From: Fidelibacterota bacterium
GTDB lineage: Bacteria; Fidelibacterota; Marinisomatia; Marinisomatales; UBA1611
Direction of reading: 5' to 3'
Assembly: GCA_012964275.1 (NCBI GenBank)
Contig: DTUG01000136.1
Location: 1 to 42,048, forward strand
Length of the DNA: 42,048 nucleotides
In this document: positions 19,501-27,519 of the stretch, piece after piece
Layout of the letters: every line of letters begins with the position of its first letter
Numbering within the stretch: position 1 is the stretch's first letter
Made by a program: the position numbers and the translations under genes
Notes under the pieces: model-generated
Seen by the model: the letters and a program-made list of their open reading frames with translations, nothing else
The model's database searches: none
What the model was told of the DNA's origin: nothing

Positions 19501-21148
19501 GTTAATCAGAGAAGCAGTATTTATTTTTTCCTCCAATTGTCTAATTCAATTAGCTGATATCCCTAAAGAGGGTGTGTGGGTAACACACCTAGGAACAAAA
19601 CACGGGAAAAGCGTATTTCGTGTACTCATACATACCCTGACACTTGGAACTCATAATCTTGTTATCAATCTAAATGAAGACCTTGACCGGAATTTTCTCG
19701 AAGATGAGATCCGGTGGCTCATTTTAATGGGATCCGGTTTCAAGGACAAACAGTTAGTTGAAAATTTTGGTGGTTACTGGCCAGAATACCTGTTGTATAC
19801 GGAGGAATATATACCCGGAGAAACACTTATCCAGTATTTCAAACGAAATAAGGCTGAAATAAAGGATGAAACTGCCCTTGATCGGTGGCAAATGCGGTGG
19901 CTTCATTTTATATGGAACGGGATTCAGGCCTATTTGGAATTCTGGAGTCGAACAAATTTCAAGTTAGGAATTCAACCACCCATTCCAGATAATCTTATCA
20001 TTCCGCCACATGATTATACTACTGGAACTCGTCTCATCTCTATATCAGGGCGGCAGGAAATCAAGTCTGTAGGTGAATATTTTCTCAACCTGTTTACGCT
20101 ATTTATAGCCAAAACAGAATCACAATTCCCTGGATTAAAACATATGGCTGATTGGGAAGTGATCTTTACTGCTGCTCTTCAGGCAACAAAAGTGAAAAGG
20201 GGTATTCCGCTACTGGAAGAACTGGGAAAGGATCTCAAAAATCGTAAGCTTAAAAAACAATTTCGGGAAATTGGACTTACTCAGGACCGAATTAATAAGT
20301 TTATTAAAGAATTCGATAATTTTGGCGTTTTAACAAAACCAGTTGTTTTTGCCGCCTTAAGATATGAACGTTGGCTGGATTTAAATCCGGGAGCAACCGA
20401 TCAGGCCAAGGCATCTATCCTGCGAGAACTCTACAATGATTATGATTTGAATTCATTGCTTGAAGAGTATCCTGAAACCCGCGTACGATTTTTTATGATG
20501 ACCTGTCTAAAGGATTCAGGTCCTGAACTCACAAACTTTTTTCAATCCATAATCCAAGAAATGAGACGAAAAGAATTAAGCCCATGGAGCCTGAAAGATC
20601 GCATAGAGGATATCCAGCAAAAAACGTCCTTGACTGAAAAGGAAAAATATTTTCTCGCCAGAATGCTTTTCCCACATGTGGACGCTGCCGATTATGTAGA
20701 ACTTGTCACTACAGCAAAAGGTGATAAGGAAAAATTAAACCTAATTTATGGAACAGAAGGTGCTGATGGTCAATTATATCGTATTCGCCCTCCTTTCCAT
20801 CCAAAGGAAATAGCCCGTTTCTACTCTCTAATGACTAAAGAAACTTTATCTGGGACTTTTACTTCCAGTCATGAATTTCTATTTATTTTCAATTCTCGGA
20901 ATAGACTGGTTGGCGGTCTATATTGGAATACTCCCAGTGATTCACGTATCCATTTGGAATGGATCATAATTCGCAACAAATATCGGCAATTACTGTTGAG
21001 CAAACGATTAATGACGGAATTTTATCACCGTATGAAACAGCGGGGTATCAAAGTCATTACTGTAGGGTTTTATTTAGAAAGCTTTTTCTATAAACAAGGA
21101 TTTAAAATTGATCGACATTATGGCGGTCTGGTTAAAAAATTAAATTAA
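16565..21148 (+). CDS. Giant fusion protein: long-chain acyl-CoA synthetase-like ANL adenylating domain + ~800-aa unknown (weakly kinase-fold-like) region + C-terminal GNAT acetyltransferase
   Basis: ANL motifs: IMYTSGSTDQPKGV, GYGMTEATGG, WFHSGDIF, IIDRKKDIYKNSRGQTIAPQKIEN, LTQKGTFNRKNV. C-terminal GNAT-like region: LVGGLYWN...IHLEWIIIRNKYRQLLLSKRLMTEFYHRMKQRGIKVITVGFY. Start set to ATG 16565; the track's GTG 16451 overlaps the divergent gene. Confidence 0.7.
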   Translation: MNQVNQRSISELFDLAGKNRVDMANFRTVLDNIDSSDTDHQTIHHFLECFHLPAVNRIIVENQATDYWFDKITHLIQKSRYHVGHLIKQRTSRYGEKPLFLTIEGDSVISVSYNKVWYDVIQIGRALDMLSEEEMEPVIGLLSYNQYRCALLDLACLSFGFRVVPIPLNTTIEHLSHILHEAEITHLFIGGEKGARLWNAIFKGYDLAIIDLNEINSLKGQITSWETFRDLSDKNEKFDLNHRLESQDMTWPITIMYTSGSTDQPKGVIFNQVNLMSKRFARAMALPEFSSSDTFLCYLPLFHTFGRYFELLGSIFWGATYAFAESPAFNSLLKDFQLVSPSIFISIPKRWIQLYEYLEEKLELDSASDTIICQKLTDITGGQLQWGLSAAGYLDPDYFKFFQEHGIQLLSGYGMTEATGGITMTPPGNYLDNSVGKSLPGIKLKIAEDGELCMQGPYVSNGFYKTKDSESFKNGWFHSGDIFEKRGNHFFIIDRKKDIYKNSRGQTIAPQKIENLFQDFDSVQSVFLAGDGREFNTVLIYPDKENIPYDLYNVDNQKIRDLFSGMLVSVNSFLSAFERIVNFAIIDRDFSIEKGELTQKGTFNRKNVLKNFSKMIEPMYERNYVSLHSGTKEIWFPNWLIREKGTVKTNLSWDGNKISIKGQDQTLRLIWTDSNLQVGEFKYHTDSQILDLQSFVNSPNLWLGNNEFTLFTSETVFRIKEADLTTEIRVKIDSDTFALTKIDKKDNENETNSLEKIHHSVRSYLSNEQSFFDALIHILNLDIFEWSDVILDTLLQYQEHPDPNFRLKMIEAIAPILSGDFFINLLETTYHYYRKNNGKKEFAFDIDRLTESQYRSLILFLNDTHENVNDLEQADFDFIQTVLFMISEYGVIHPTQFILARSELVSWQFSNVPKPIYSAAQKAYYNLVNGFRTWIGPNTSITVDRNTQEEYSWKDVIEFDDNVRTRHKKVLLETLSKTALIREAVFIFSSNCLIQLADIPKEGVWVTHLGTKHGKSVFRVLIHTLTLGTHNLVINLNEDLDRNFLEDEIRWLILMGSGFKDKQLVENFGGYWPEYLLYTEEYIPGETLIQYFKRNKAEIKDETALDRWQMRWLHFIWNGIQAYLEFWSRTNFKLGIQPPIPDNLIIPPHDYTTGTRLISISGRQEIKSVGEYFLNLFTLFIAKTESQFPGLKHMADWEVIFTAALQATKVKRGIPLLEELGKDLKNRKLKKQFREIGLTQDRINKFIKEFDNFGVLTKPVVFAALRYERWLDLNPGATDQAKASILRELYNDYDLNSLLEEYPETRVRFFMMTCLKDSGPELTNFFQSIIQEMRRKELSPWSLKDRIEDIQQKTSLTEKEKYFLARMLFPHVDAADYVELVTTAKGDKEKLNLIYGTEGADGQLYRIRPPFHPKEIARFYSLMTKETLSGTFTSSHEFLFIFNSRNRLVGGLYWNTPSDSRIHLEWIIIRNKYRQLLLSKRLMTEFYHRMKQRGIKVITVGFYLESFFYKQGFKIDRHYGGLVKKLN

Positions 21149-21182
21149 TCTGTTTTACAGCAACTAATCGATCCCATAAAAT

Positions 21183-21707
21183 TTAATACAGCATCAAATA
21201 AACCATAACCCCCGTAATAGAAACATATAACCATAAAGGCAGGGTTATTCTTGCAATTGTCCGATGTTGTTTGAGTTGAGAATTCCAACCTCGATAAAGC
21301 GTGAGCATGGCTAACGGAAGAATAACAACTGCAAGTATAATATGTGAAATCAGAATAATAAAATAAATGGTAGTCCAGTCCCCTGTGTAGGTCTTTGGGC
21401 CACTTTTAAACCAATGGTAAATCACATAGCTAATGAGGAAGAGCGCAGATGTCCCAAATGCAGTAAGCATCACATTTTTATGAAATTCCCGTTTCTTTTT
21501 TTTTATTAATAAAAAGCCCCATACAAGTAATATTGCTGTTGTTATATTTAATGTGGCGTTCAATTTAGGTAATAAGGATACATCCAGCACCCCTTCGATC
21601 CCATCCGGCCGTGGGCCTAAAATTAGAAATGCTACCGCCAAGCTCAAGACCGCAGAAACAATGTAAATAATTTTCACGAAGAAGCGATCTTGATCCACGT
21701 TTTTCAA
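21183..21707 (-). CDS. DUF420 membrane protein (commonly linked to heme-copper oxidase biogenesis genes)
   Basis: 174 aa, 4-5 TM, with LPKLNATLNITTAILLVWGFLLIKKKKREFHKNVMLTAF typical of DUF420. 4-nt overlap with ctaB. Confidence 0.65.
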   Translation of the reverse strand: MKNVDQDRFFVKIIYIVSAVLSLAVAFLILGPRPDGIEGVLDVSLLPKLNATLNITTAILLVWGFLLIKKKKREFHKNVMLTAFGTSALFLISYVIYHWFKSGPKTYTGDWTTIYFIILISHIILAVVILPLAMLTLYRGWNSQLKQHRTIARITLPLWLYVSITGVMVYLMLY

Positions 21708-22585
21708 TAATTTAAGTCAACCAAGATTAATACCAGTAAACAAGGTAAATACATTACCGATACCTTTAACAGCAATTTTGCATTATTTATAGAATAATTC
21801 TTAATCAGCGGTAAACTAGCCATTAAATAGGTAATCCCGAATAACACAGCACCCCATAAATAGAGCGAACCCAAAACACCGGTAAAAACCGGTAAGACTG
21901 ATATGGGAATCAATAAAAATGCATGCCAAATAATTTGGCGATTTGTCCTTCTGCCATCATTTTCCATCACAGGCAACATTTTAAATCCCGCTTTCGAATA
22001 ATCATCCTTGCACATTAAGGCAATTGCATAAAAATGGGGGTGCTGCCATAAAAAAAGGATAGCAAATAAAATCCAAGCGTCCAAATTTACATGTCCAGTC
22101 GCAGCGGCCCAGCCTCCCAGCGGTGGTAGTGCCCCAGGCACAGCACCAATAGTCGTATTTAACCAGGTAATCCGTTTTAATGGAGTATATACAAAAATAT
22201 AAAGAAAAGTTGTGAGAAACGCCAAAAAGGCTGTCAACAGATTGGCACCCAATAATAATATGATTAGTCCACATAAAACCTGGATCAGACCAAATGTCAA
22301 GGCAGTATTGGCACCAATGATCCCAGCTGGAATAGGTCGGGACCGTGTTCTTTCCATCAAGATATCAAAATCCCGCTCAATATAATGATTCAATGTACCG
22401 GCACCACCTGATACCATGGCCGCACCGAGCAAGGTCAGAATGAAATGGTAAGCCTGAATGATTCCTGCTCCACCGATATAGTAGCCTAGAGCGGTCGATA
22501 TTAAAATCATTAAGGTAATCTTCGGTTTGGTCAGTTCAACATAAGCCTTAAACTTAGTTTTTGCGGGTTGCGGATGGCGTTTCAT
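21704..22585 (-). CDS. ctaB: Protoheme IX farnesyltransferase (heme O synthase)
   Basis: 293 aa UbiA-family protein: YVELTKPKITLM, NHYIERDFDILMERTRSRPIP, YTPLKR, WQHPHFYAIA. Confidence 0.9.
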   Translation of the reverse strand: MKRHPQPAKTKFKAYVELTKPKITLMILISTALGYYIGGAGIIQAYHFILTLLGAAMVSGGAGTLNHYIERDFDILMERTRSRPIPAGIIGANTALTFGLIQVLCGLIILLLGANLLTAFLAFLTTFLYIFVYTPLKRITWLNTTIGAVPGALPPLGGWAAATGHVNLDAWILFAILFLWQHPHFYAIALMCKDDYSKAGFKMLPVMENDGRRTNRQIIWHAFLLIPISVLPVFTGVLGSLYLWGAVLFGITYLMASLPLIKNYSINNAKLLLKVSVMYLPCLLVLILVDLNY

Positions 22586-22586
22586 T

Positions 22587-23186
22587 TCAAGAATCTAAAT
22601 TTTTTAAAAATAAGTTTAAATGAGCCTGCAGAATAGCAATACTTGCTTTATCGGTACCGTCATAATATTGTCGAATCCGTCCTTTATCATCGATAAGGAC
22701 AAATTTAACTGAATGACCAGCAGGCAGATCATCGGAAAACAACATAAAACCATCCCGGGTTAATTCTTTTACTGATTTTATATCGGAACGAATAAATATC
22801 CAGCGGTCATCATTTACACCATTTGCATCTGCATAAGCAGCTAAAACATCTTCCGTATCAGTATCTGGATCAACAGTGACTGATACAAACTGAACATCTG
22901 GAATAGATCTGTATTGTTCATATAACCTGCTCATATTGGACGCCATTATTGGACATGGACCTGTACAACTTGTAAACATAAAATCCAGCACAGTTATTTT
23001 ATTTCTAAAATTTTCCATTGTAAAGGTGTACCCATCATGAGTTTTAAATTGAAAATCCGGAACAGATTTAATAATCGGTGGAGGTGTTTGATGTGCTTGA
23101 TCAGCTTTATTAATCACCCAGGTTGCACCTATCCCTAAAATCAAAATGAAAAGACCAGCAATATATACCGTATGAATTTTTTTCAT
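22587..23186 (-). CDS. SCO1/SenC family copper chaperone (thioredoxin fold)
   Basis: TM anchor plus FMFTSCTGPCP (CxxxC) and a downstream H (AGHSVKFVLID). Start set to the ATG at 23186 (MKKIHTVY...), which overlaps the ctaA stop as ATGA. Confidence 0.8.
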   Translation of the reverse strand: MKKIHTVYIAGLFILILGIGATWVINKADQAHQTPPPIIKSVPDFQFKTHDGYTFTMENFRNKITVLDFMFTSCTGPCPIMASNMSRLYEQYRSIPDVQFVSVTVDPDTDTEDVLAAYADANGVNDDRWIFIRSDIKSVKELTRDGFMLFSDDLPAGHSVKFVLIDDKGRIRQYYDGTDKASIAILQAHLNLFLKNLDS

Positions 23187-24112
23187 CAGTTCAAGCGCGA
23201 CATTTCCCAGGCTGTATATTGAATCACGCAAAGGCCTAAAATCAAGGACGCGAACCACATGTGGAATAACTGAATTAGAGGTTTCACATCAAAAAATACT
23301 AATGATTCACCTAAGATAATTTGAACAATAATCATTCCCAGCATGGCCTGTGCAGAACCAATGATCAACCTTGACGGATTTAAACTTTCTATGATTAGAA
23401 TTTTTCTTATAAAATATGCTAAACCAACCAGAAAAATACCCAGGATGGTGTGCATGTATTTAAATGGGCCAAGCATCCTTAAAAGAAAGATGCTATTTAC
23501 AAGGGGATTTTGATTCCGAATCATTTCCAGCCCGCCGCGAATCTCAGTGCCTATTATAATTTCGATTAAGACAATTAAACCTGTAGCATATATAAACCAT
23601 TTCAAGCTATTTGGGTAGTCACTTTCAACCTCGGCACTTTTATGATACAGATAGTAAGATTGCAGTGAAGCATAGATAAGAAGCACCACAATCAATAAAG
23701 CTAACAGTAAATGGAGCGTAATTGTAAACGGATTTAACACTGTATCAACCAATACTCCCCCAAGCCACCCCTCTATGATTGTCAGGATAAAAGCTCCAAT
23801 GACTGGAACCATTATTTTAATCTCCTTTCTGTAGCACCGTATGGCCAGATAACACGTGATCGTGATCATGAGTCCGGTTACAGCACCAAATAATCGATTG
23901 CAATATTCGATCCAGGCCAACACAACATTAAACTGATCCTGGAATTCCAGCGGGACCTGATCTAAACTGGTTGGAGGAATCCAGCGATCAAAACATTTTG
24001 GCCAATCAGGACAGCCCATTCCGGCATCGGACACACGGACTAACCCACCGACAAAAATAAGGAGGTAAGTCATCAAAATTGTAAGCACAGAAAATCGAAA
24101 AAAATATTTCAT
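23186..24112 (-). CDS. ctaA: Heme A synthase (COX15/CtaA family)
   Basis: 308 aa, 8 TM, GGLVRVSDAGMGCPDWPKC, and conserved His in TM segments (TLHLLLA, MHTILG). Confidence 0.85.
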   Translation of the reverse strand: MKYFFRFSVLTILMTYLLIFVGGLVRVSDAGMGCPDWPKCFDRWIPPTSLDQVPLEFQDQFNVVLAWIEYCNRLFGAVTGLMITITCYLAIRCYRKEIKIMVPVIGAFILTIIEGWLGGVLVDTVLNPFTITLHLLLALLIVVLLIYASLQSYYLYHKSAEVESDYPNSLKWFIYATGLIVLIEIIIGTEIRGGLEMIRNQNPLVNSIFLLRMLGPFKYMHTILGIFLVGLAYFIRKILIIESLNPSRLIIGSAQAMLGMIIVQIILGESLVFFDVKPLIQLFHMWFASLILGLCVIQYTAWEMSRLN

Positions 24113-24250
24113 AAAAAGCCACCGAAATTATGGTAACTCATTCTTAGATAGCTCAATACTTTTATCGTATTATCCGTGGGGATGATATTAATTTTCGATC
24201 CAAATTTTCTCAGCTTTAATACCATAAACAAACCAAAATCACTATGATCC

Positions 24251-25567
24251 ATGGCGAAAGCTTTGCACCAGATTGAGCCCGGAACTGCCTGTACGATTAA
24301 AACCACAGGTCAAGGGGGCGAGTTAAAGAAAGTTTTCTATTTTCCTACCAAATATGAAGTGCAATTAAACACCGGCGAAATCCATCATTATACATCACAT
24401 GAAGTCATTTTTGAAGGATTTGAACATCCTGAAGTCAAATTAAAGACCCCTGAAATACCCCATGCTGGAATTGGAGATAAATGGTCTTCATGGTCCCCAT
24501 TTATAGCCCGAAGCGAAATCAAACACCATTTTTCCACGACTAAAGAAATCATGTGGAAAATGATTACAAATCTGGACACATATAATATATGGTTCGTAGG
24601 AATCCAGCGTGCTTTACCAATTCTAAACTCAGACCGCTATGTTCATCAGTTTTCCTTTGACAAGTTTACTCTAGAACCAGGGGCGTTTTTTAAAATTCGT
24701 CCTGCATCTCTGGCACCCTATTTTAAATGCAGAGTTATGACCATTGAGAAAGAGAAAGAATTCGGGTTTGAATTCAGAACCACACCATTTTACAAAGAAT
24801 ATATTTCATTCAAGATTGATGAATCAAAGAAAGGTGTCTGGGTTACGTGCAGAAGAACTTCTAAGGGAATTTTTTCTCTATTATCTCTGTATAAATGGAA
24901 CAGTCGCAAATCAATGATTTTGCAGCTACTATCCAATATTATACCTGAGGTTAACTTTGATAAAGATAAGGATGATTTAAGTACAGATAATGGAACAGCT
25001 TCACAATGGATTGGATTTGCTGCGCGCGAAGATTACATCAATTATGCTGTTAACATGGGGTTGAAAGGGGATATGGATATTATTAATTCTATCTCGGATA
25101 AACCTACCCGCGGCAAAGCAAAAGCAGCTTTGGTTCGTGCCAAACGTACCGGAGAATCTCCGCCAATGCCGGAGAAGCCCAAAGGCGGAGTATCGCCAGC
25201 CGAAGGAAGCACTAAAACCGGTTTAAGCGGTGAACCGCTTATTGCTTTTGTTGTTAACAAAGCTCTAGATGGGGATATGGACCCCCTCAATGCCATAGCA
25301 GAGAAAGTCACCCGCGGCAAAGCAAAAGCACTGCTTGTGAAAATCAAACGGGGTTCAGCAGAACGACCGGCAATGCCTGAACTTCCTTCGCATGATCAAG
25401 AAACTAGTCTTGTAACTCCAGAAGAATCTGAAGAACAGCTTATGGAACGACTTATCGCAAAGGGTCTGGAAGGTGATATGGAAGAGATTAATGCTCTAGA
25501 TAACAAGGCATTACGGGGAAAAATTAAAGCTGCTATCGTCAAAGAAAAACGAGCTCAAAAAAAATGA
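24251..25567 (+). CDS. Hypothetical 438-aa protein: possible SRPBCC/START-like core followed by three ~45-aa basic helical repeats
   Basis: First gene of the Rieske/cyt b operon. C-terminal repeats: GLKGDMDIINSISDKPTRGKAKAALVRAKR / ALDGDMDPLNAIAEKVTRGKAKALLVKIKR / GLEGDMEEINALDNKALRGKIKAAIVKEKR. Confidence 0.6.
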   Translation: MAKALHQIEPGTACTIKTTGQGGELKKVFYFPTKYEVQLNTGEIHHYTSHEVIFEGFEHPEVKLKTPEIPHAGIGDKWSSWSPFIARSEIKHHFSTTKEIMWKMITNLDTYNIWFVGIQRALPILNSDRYVHQFSFDKFTLEPGAFFKIRPASLAPYFKCRVMTIEKEKEFGFEFRTTPFYKEYISFKIDESKKGVWVTCRRTSKGIFSLLSLYKWNSRKSMILQLLSNIIPEVNFDKDKDDLSTDNGTASQWIGFAAREDYINYAVNMGLKGDMDIINSISDKPTRGKAKAALVRAKRTGESPPMPEKPKGGVSPAEGSTKTGLSGEPLIAFVVNKALDGDMDPLNAIAEKVTRGKAKALLVKIKRGSAERPAMPELPSHDQETSLVTPEESEEQLMERLIAKGLEGDMEEINALDNKALRGKIKAAIVKEKRAQKK

Positions 25568-25677
25568 ACATGTCAGACAACAAAATATCAGGAATGACCA
25601 CAACTCAACTGGTTTCAATGATCGCATGTACGATTTTACTCATTATATATATCACTTTAGTTACTTGGGTATTATGA
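25564..25677 (+). CDS. Unannotated 37-aa single-TM micro-protein
   Basis: Manual translation: MNMSDNKISGMTTTQLVSMIACTILLIIYITLVTWVL*. The ATG overlaps the upstream stop (ATGA). Below the ORF-track size cut-off. Confidence 0.45.
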   Translation: MNMSDNKISGMTTTQLVSMIACTILLIIYITLVTWVL

Positions 25678-25680
25678 TCC

Positions 25681-25824
25681 ATGGATTTCGAATGGTTTAC
25701 TTTTTCCTGGCTCATGGAGCACTTGGAATGGGCGGTTGGATTACTTCTCATCGGGATAATAATCCTTTTCTTCTTCCCCATAATGCTTGGCTGGCAATTG
25801 AAACAGAGAGAGAAAGAATTATAA
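25681..25824 (+). CDS. Unannotated 47-aa single-TM micro-protein
   Basis: Manual translation: MDFEWFTFSWLMEHLEWAVGLLLIGIIILFFFPIMLGWQLKQREKEL*. Starts 3 nt after the previous stop. Confidence 0.5.
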   Translation: MDFEWFTFSWLMEHLEWAVGLLLIGIIILFFFPIMLGWQLKQREKEL

Positions 25825-25833
25825 ATAACACAA

Positions 25834-26001
25834 ATGGATGCTCTCCCGCTCATATCAATCCTTGCTCTTATATTTGCCTTGATACTCATGAGTGAAGTAT
25901 TCCGATTGAAAAGAGATCTGCGGAAATTGAAGAAACTTATGAAACACTTGCGGGACGATATGGAACTGCTGAAAAACACAGAAAAAAGAGAGGGTAAATA
26001 G
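25834..26001 (+). CDS. Unannotated 55-aa micro-protein (N-terminal TM + charged amphipathic helix)
   Basis: Manual translation: MDALPLISILALIFALILMSEVFRLKRDLRKLKKLMKHLRDDMELLKNTEKREGK*. Confidence 0.5.
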   Translation: MDALPLISILALIFALILMSEVFRLKRDLRKLKKLMKHLRDDMELLKNTEKREGK

Positions 26002-26066
26002 AGTTTTATTTTTGCCGTCCGGTTTATTATGTCAGTAAGTTTTAGTCTTTAGAATTCCCTGGGAAT

Positions 26067-26957
26067 ATGGTTAACGTGGATAGTAGCAATCAAATATCTG
26101 GCAAGGAATCCAGCAGAATTTATGTTCTCTTTTATTCTTTTTTTTTGATTCCATTCATGATTGCAGTTTTTGGAGCGTTATTCTTTTTACTCTTTCGTTT
26201 TATTACCTTTGAAACAAATAGTGCTGAAGATCTTTTAAACCAGGTTAAGGTTGGATCAGCTTCGAAACGATGGCAGTCAGCTTTTGAATTAGCCAAAATA
26301 TTAAATAACCCAGATCTGGTTCCGTTAAGCAACTCATTCAAAGATCAGATGATCTCGGCATACCAGCGTTCTATCCATGACGATCCTCTGGTCAGGTCAT
26401 ATCTTGCTATGGCTATGGGTGCTACAAGAGATACTACTTATGGATCAACCTTGCTGAATGGCCTTAATGATGATAACCTCGAATCTCAAATAGCTGCGAT
26501 CCAGTCCGTAGGACTAATCGGTTACTCGCCGGCTGTCCCAGAATTGAAGGATATCACGATCAGATCAGAATCTCATAGTGAACGCCTGGCTGCCACAATT
26601 GCTCTGGGAATGATTGGTGATCAGACATCTATCCCGCATTTAACCAGTTTATTAGACGATGAAGAACCCAACATTCGCTGGGACGCAGCAGTCGCTCTCG
26701 CCAAGATGGGCAATAATTCCGGAGTTTCCATCATTGCAAGTCTATTGGATCGAGAATACCTCAACCAATTCAAGGAAGTTGATGAAATTGAGAAAAAACA
26801 AGTCTTGATGGTAGCCATACAGGTATCATCTCTACTTGTAGATCAACGATTCAAATCAAAACTGATTACCCTAGCTGAAACTGATGTGGATCTGAGTATT
26901 CGAGATGCAGCAATTAAAACCCTGGAAAAAAAGTATAGTGCTTCAATAACGTCTTAA
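26067..26957 (+). CDS. Membrane-anchored HEAT/PBS-lyase-type repeat protein
   Basis: N-terminal TM (IYVLFYSFFLIPFMIAVFGALFFLLF) followed by 5-6 HEAT-like repeats: DPLVRSYLAMAMGATRD, ESQIAAIQSVGLIG, ERLAATIALGMIGD, EPNIRWDAAVALAKMGN, DLSIRDAAIKTLEK. Confidence 0.65.
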   Translation: MVNVDSSNQISGKESSRIYVLFYSFFLIPFMIAVFGALFFLLFRFITFETNSAEDLLNQVKVGSASKRWQSAFELAKILNNPDLVPLSNSFKDQMISAYQRSIHDDPLVRSYLAMAMGATRDTTYGSTLLNGLNDDNLESQIAAIQSVGLIGYSPAVPELKDITIRSESHSERLAATIALGMIGDQTSIPHLTSLLDDEEPNIRWDAAVALAKMGNNSGVSIIASLLDREYLNQFKEVDEIEKKQVLMVAIQVSSLLVDQRFKSKLITLAETDVDLSIRDAAIKTLEKKYSASITS

Positions 26958-26958
26958 T

Positions 26959-27516
26959 ATGAGTGAAAATAAACAAGCACCACGTGCTGCGGTTGGTAGT
27001 AGTACAACATCACCAGGGTCCGATAATAATGATATTCGCAGACGTGGGTTTTTCAGATGGCTTGCTTTAGGCTGGCTTGCATTTGCGGCAGCAACTGGCG
27101 GATTTTTCATTGTCATTATACGATTTCTCTATCCGAATGTATTATTCGAGCCTCCTCAAACGTTTAAGATTGGCTTTCCCGATGAATTTTCTCCAAACAG
27201 TGTTGATACGAGATTTAAAAAGAAACATAATGCCTGGGTCGTTCGAGATGACGAATCTATCTTTGCTCTTTCGACCACCTGTACACACCTTGGATGTACA
27301 CCTAACTGGCTTCTAACAGAAAACAAATTTAAATGCCCCTGTCATGGAAGCGGATTTAGAATAACTGGCATTAATTTTGAAGGACCAGCGCCCAGGCCCC
27401 TTGAAAGGTTCAAGATTGGACTATTAGATGACGGACAGATCCTGGTAGATAAAACAAAAAGCTATAAGTGGGAAAAAGGGGAGTGGGAAAATAAAGACTC
27501 ATTCCTAAAGGTATAG
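26959..27516 (+). CDS. Rieske [2Fe-2S] subunit of a cytochrome bc/b6f-type complex (Tat signal/anchor)
   Basis: Twin-arginine IRRRGFFRWLALG plus a TM segment. Cluster boxes CTHLGC and CPCHGSGF. Confidence 0.9.
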   Translation: MSENKQAPRAAVGSSTTSPGSDNNDIRRRGFFRWLALGWLAFAAATGGFFIVIIRFLYPNVLFEPPQTFKIGFPDEFSPNSVDTRFKKKHNAWVVRDDESIFALSTTCTHLGCTPNWLLTENKFKCPCHGSGFRITGINFEGPAPRPLERFKIGLLDDGQILVDKTKSYKWEKGEWENKDSFLKV

Positions 27517-27519
27517 AAT

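Noticed and set aside
23187-23258. Longer start (23258) for the SCO1/SenC gene, overlapping ctaA by 73 nt
   Set aside because: The ATG at 23186 forms an ATGA stop/start overlap with ctaA and is directly followed by the TM anchor (MKKIHTVYIAGLFILILG). The extension has no signal-like character.
24109-24306. 65-aa minus-strand ORF spanning the ctaA / 438-aa-gene divergent promoter region
   Set aside because: It overlaps the starts of both flanking genes, has no motif, and lies in an AT-rich intergenic region. It is most likely spurious.
25605-25979. 124-aa minus-strand ORF and overlapping 89-aa plus-strand ORF (25626-25895) from the ORF track
   Set aside because: The minus ORF runs antisense inside a tightly packed plus-strand operon, and the 89-aa frame has no membrane or domain character. 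Three short co-directional ORFs with clean single TM helices and stop/start coupling explain the interval better.
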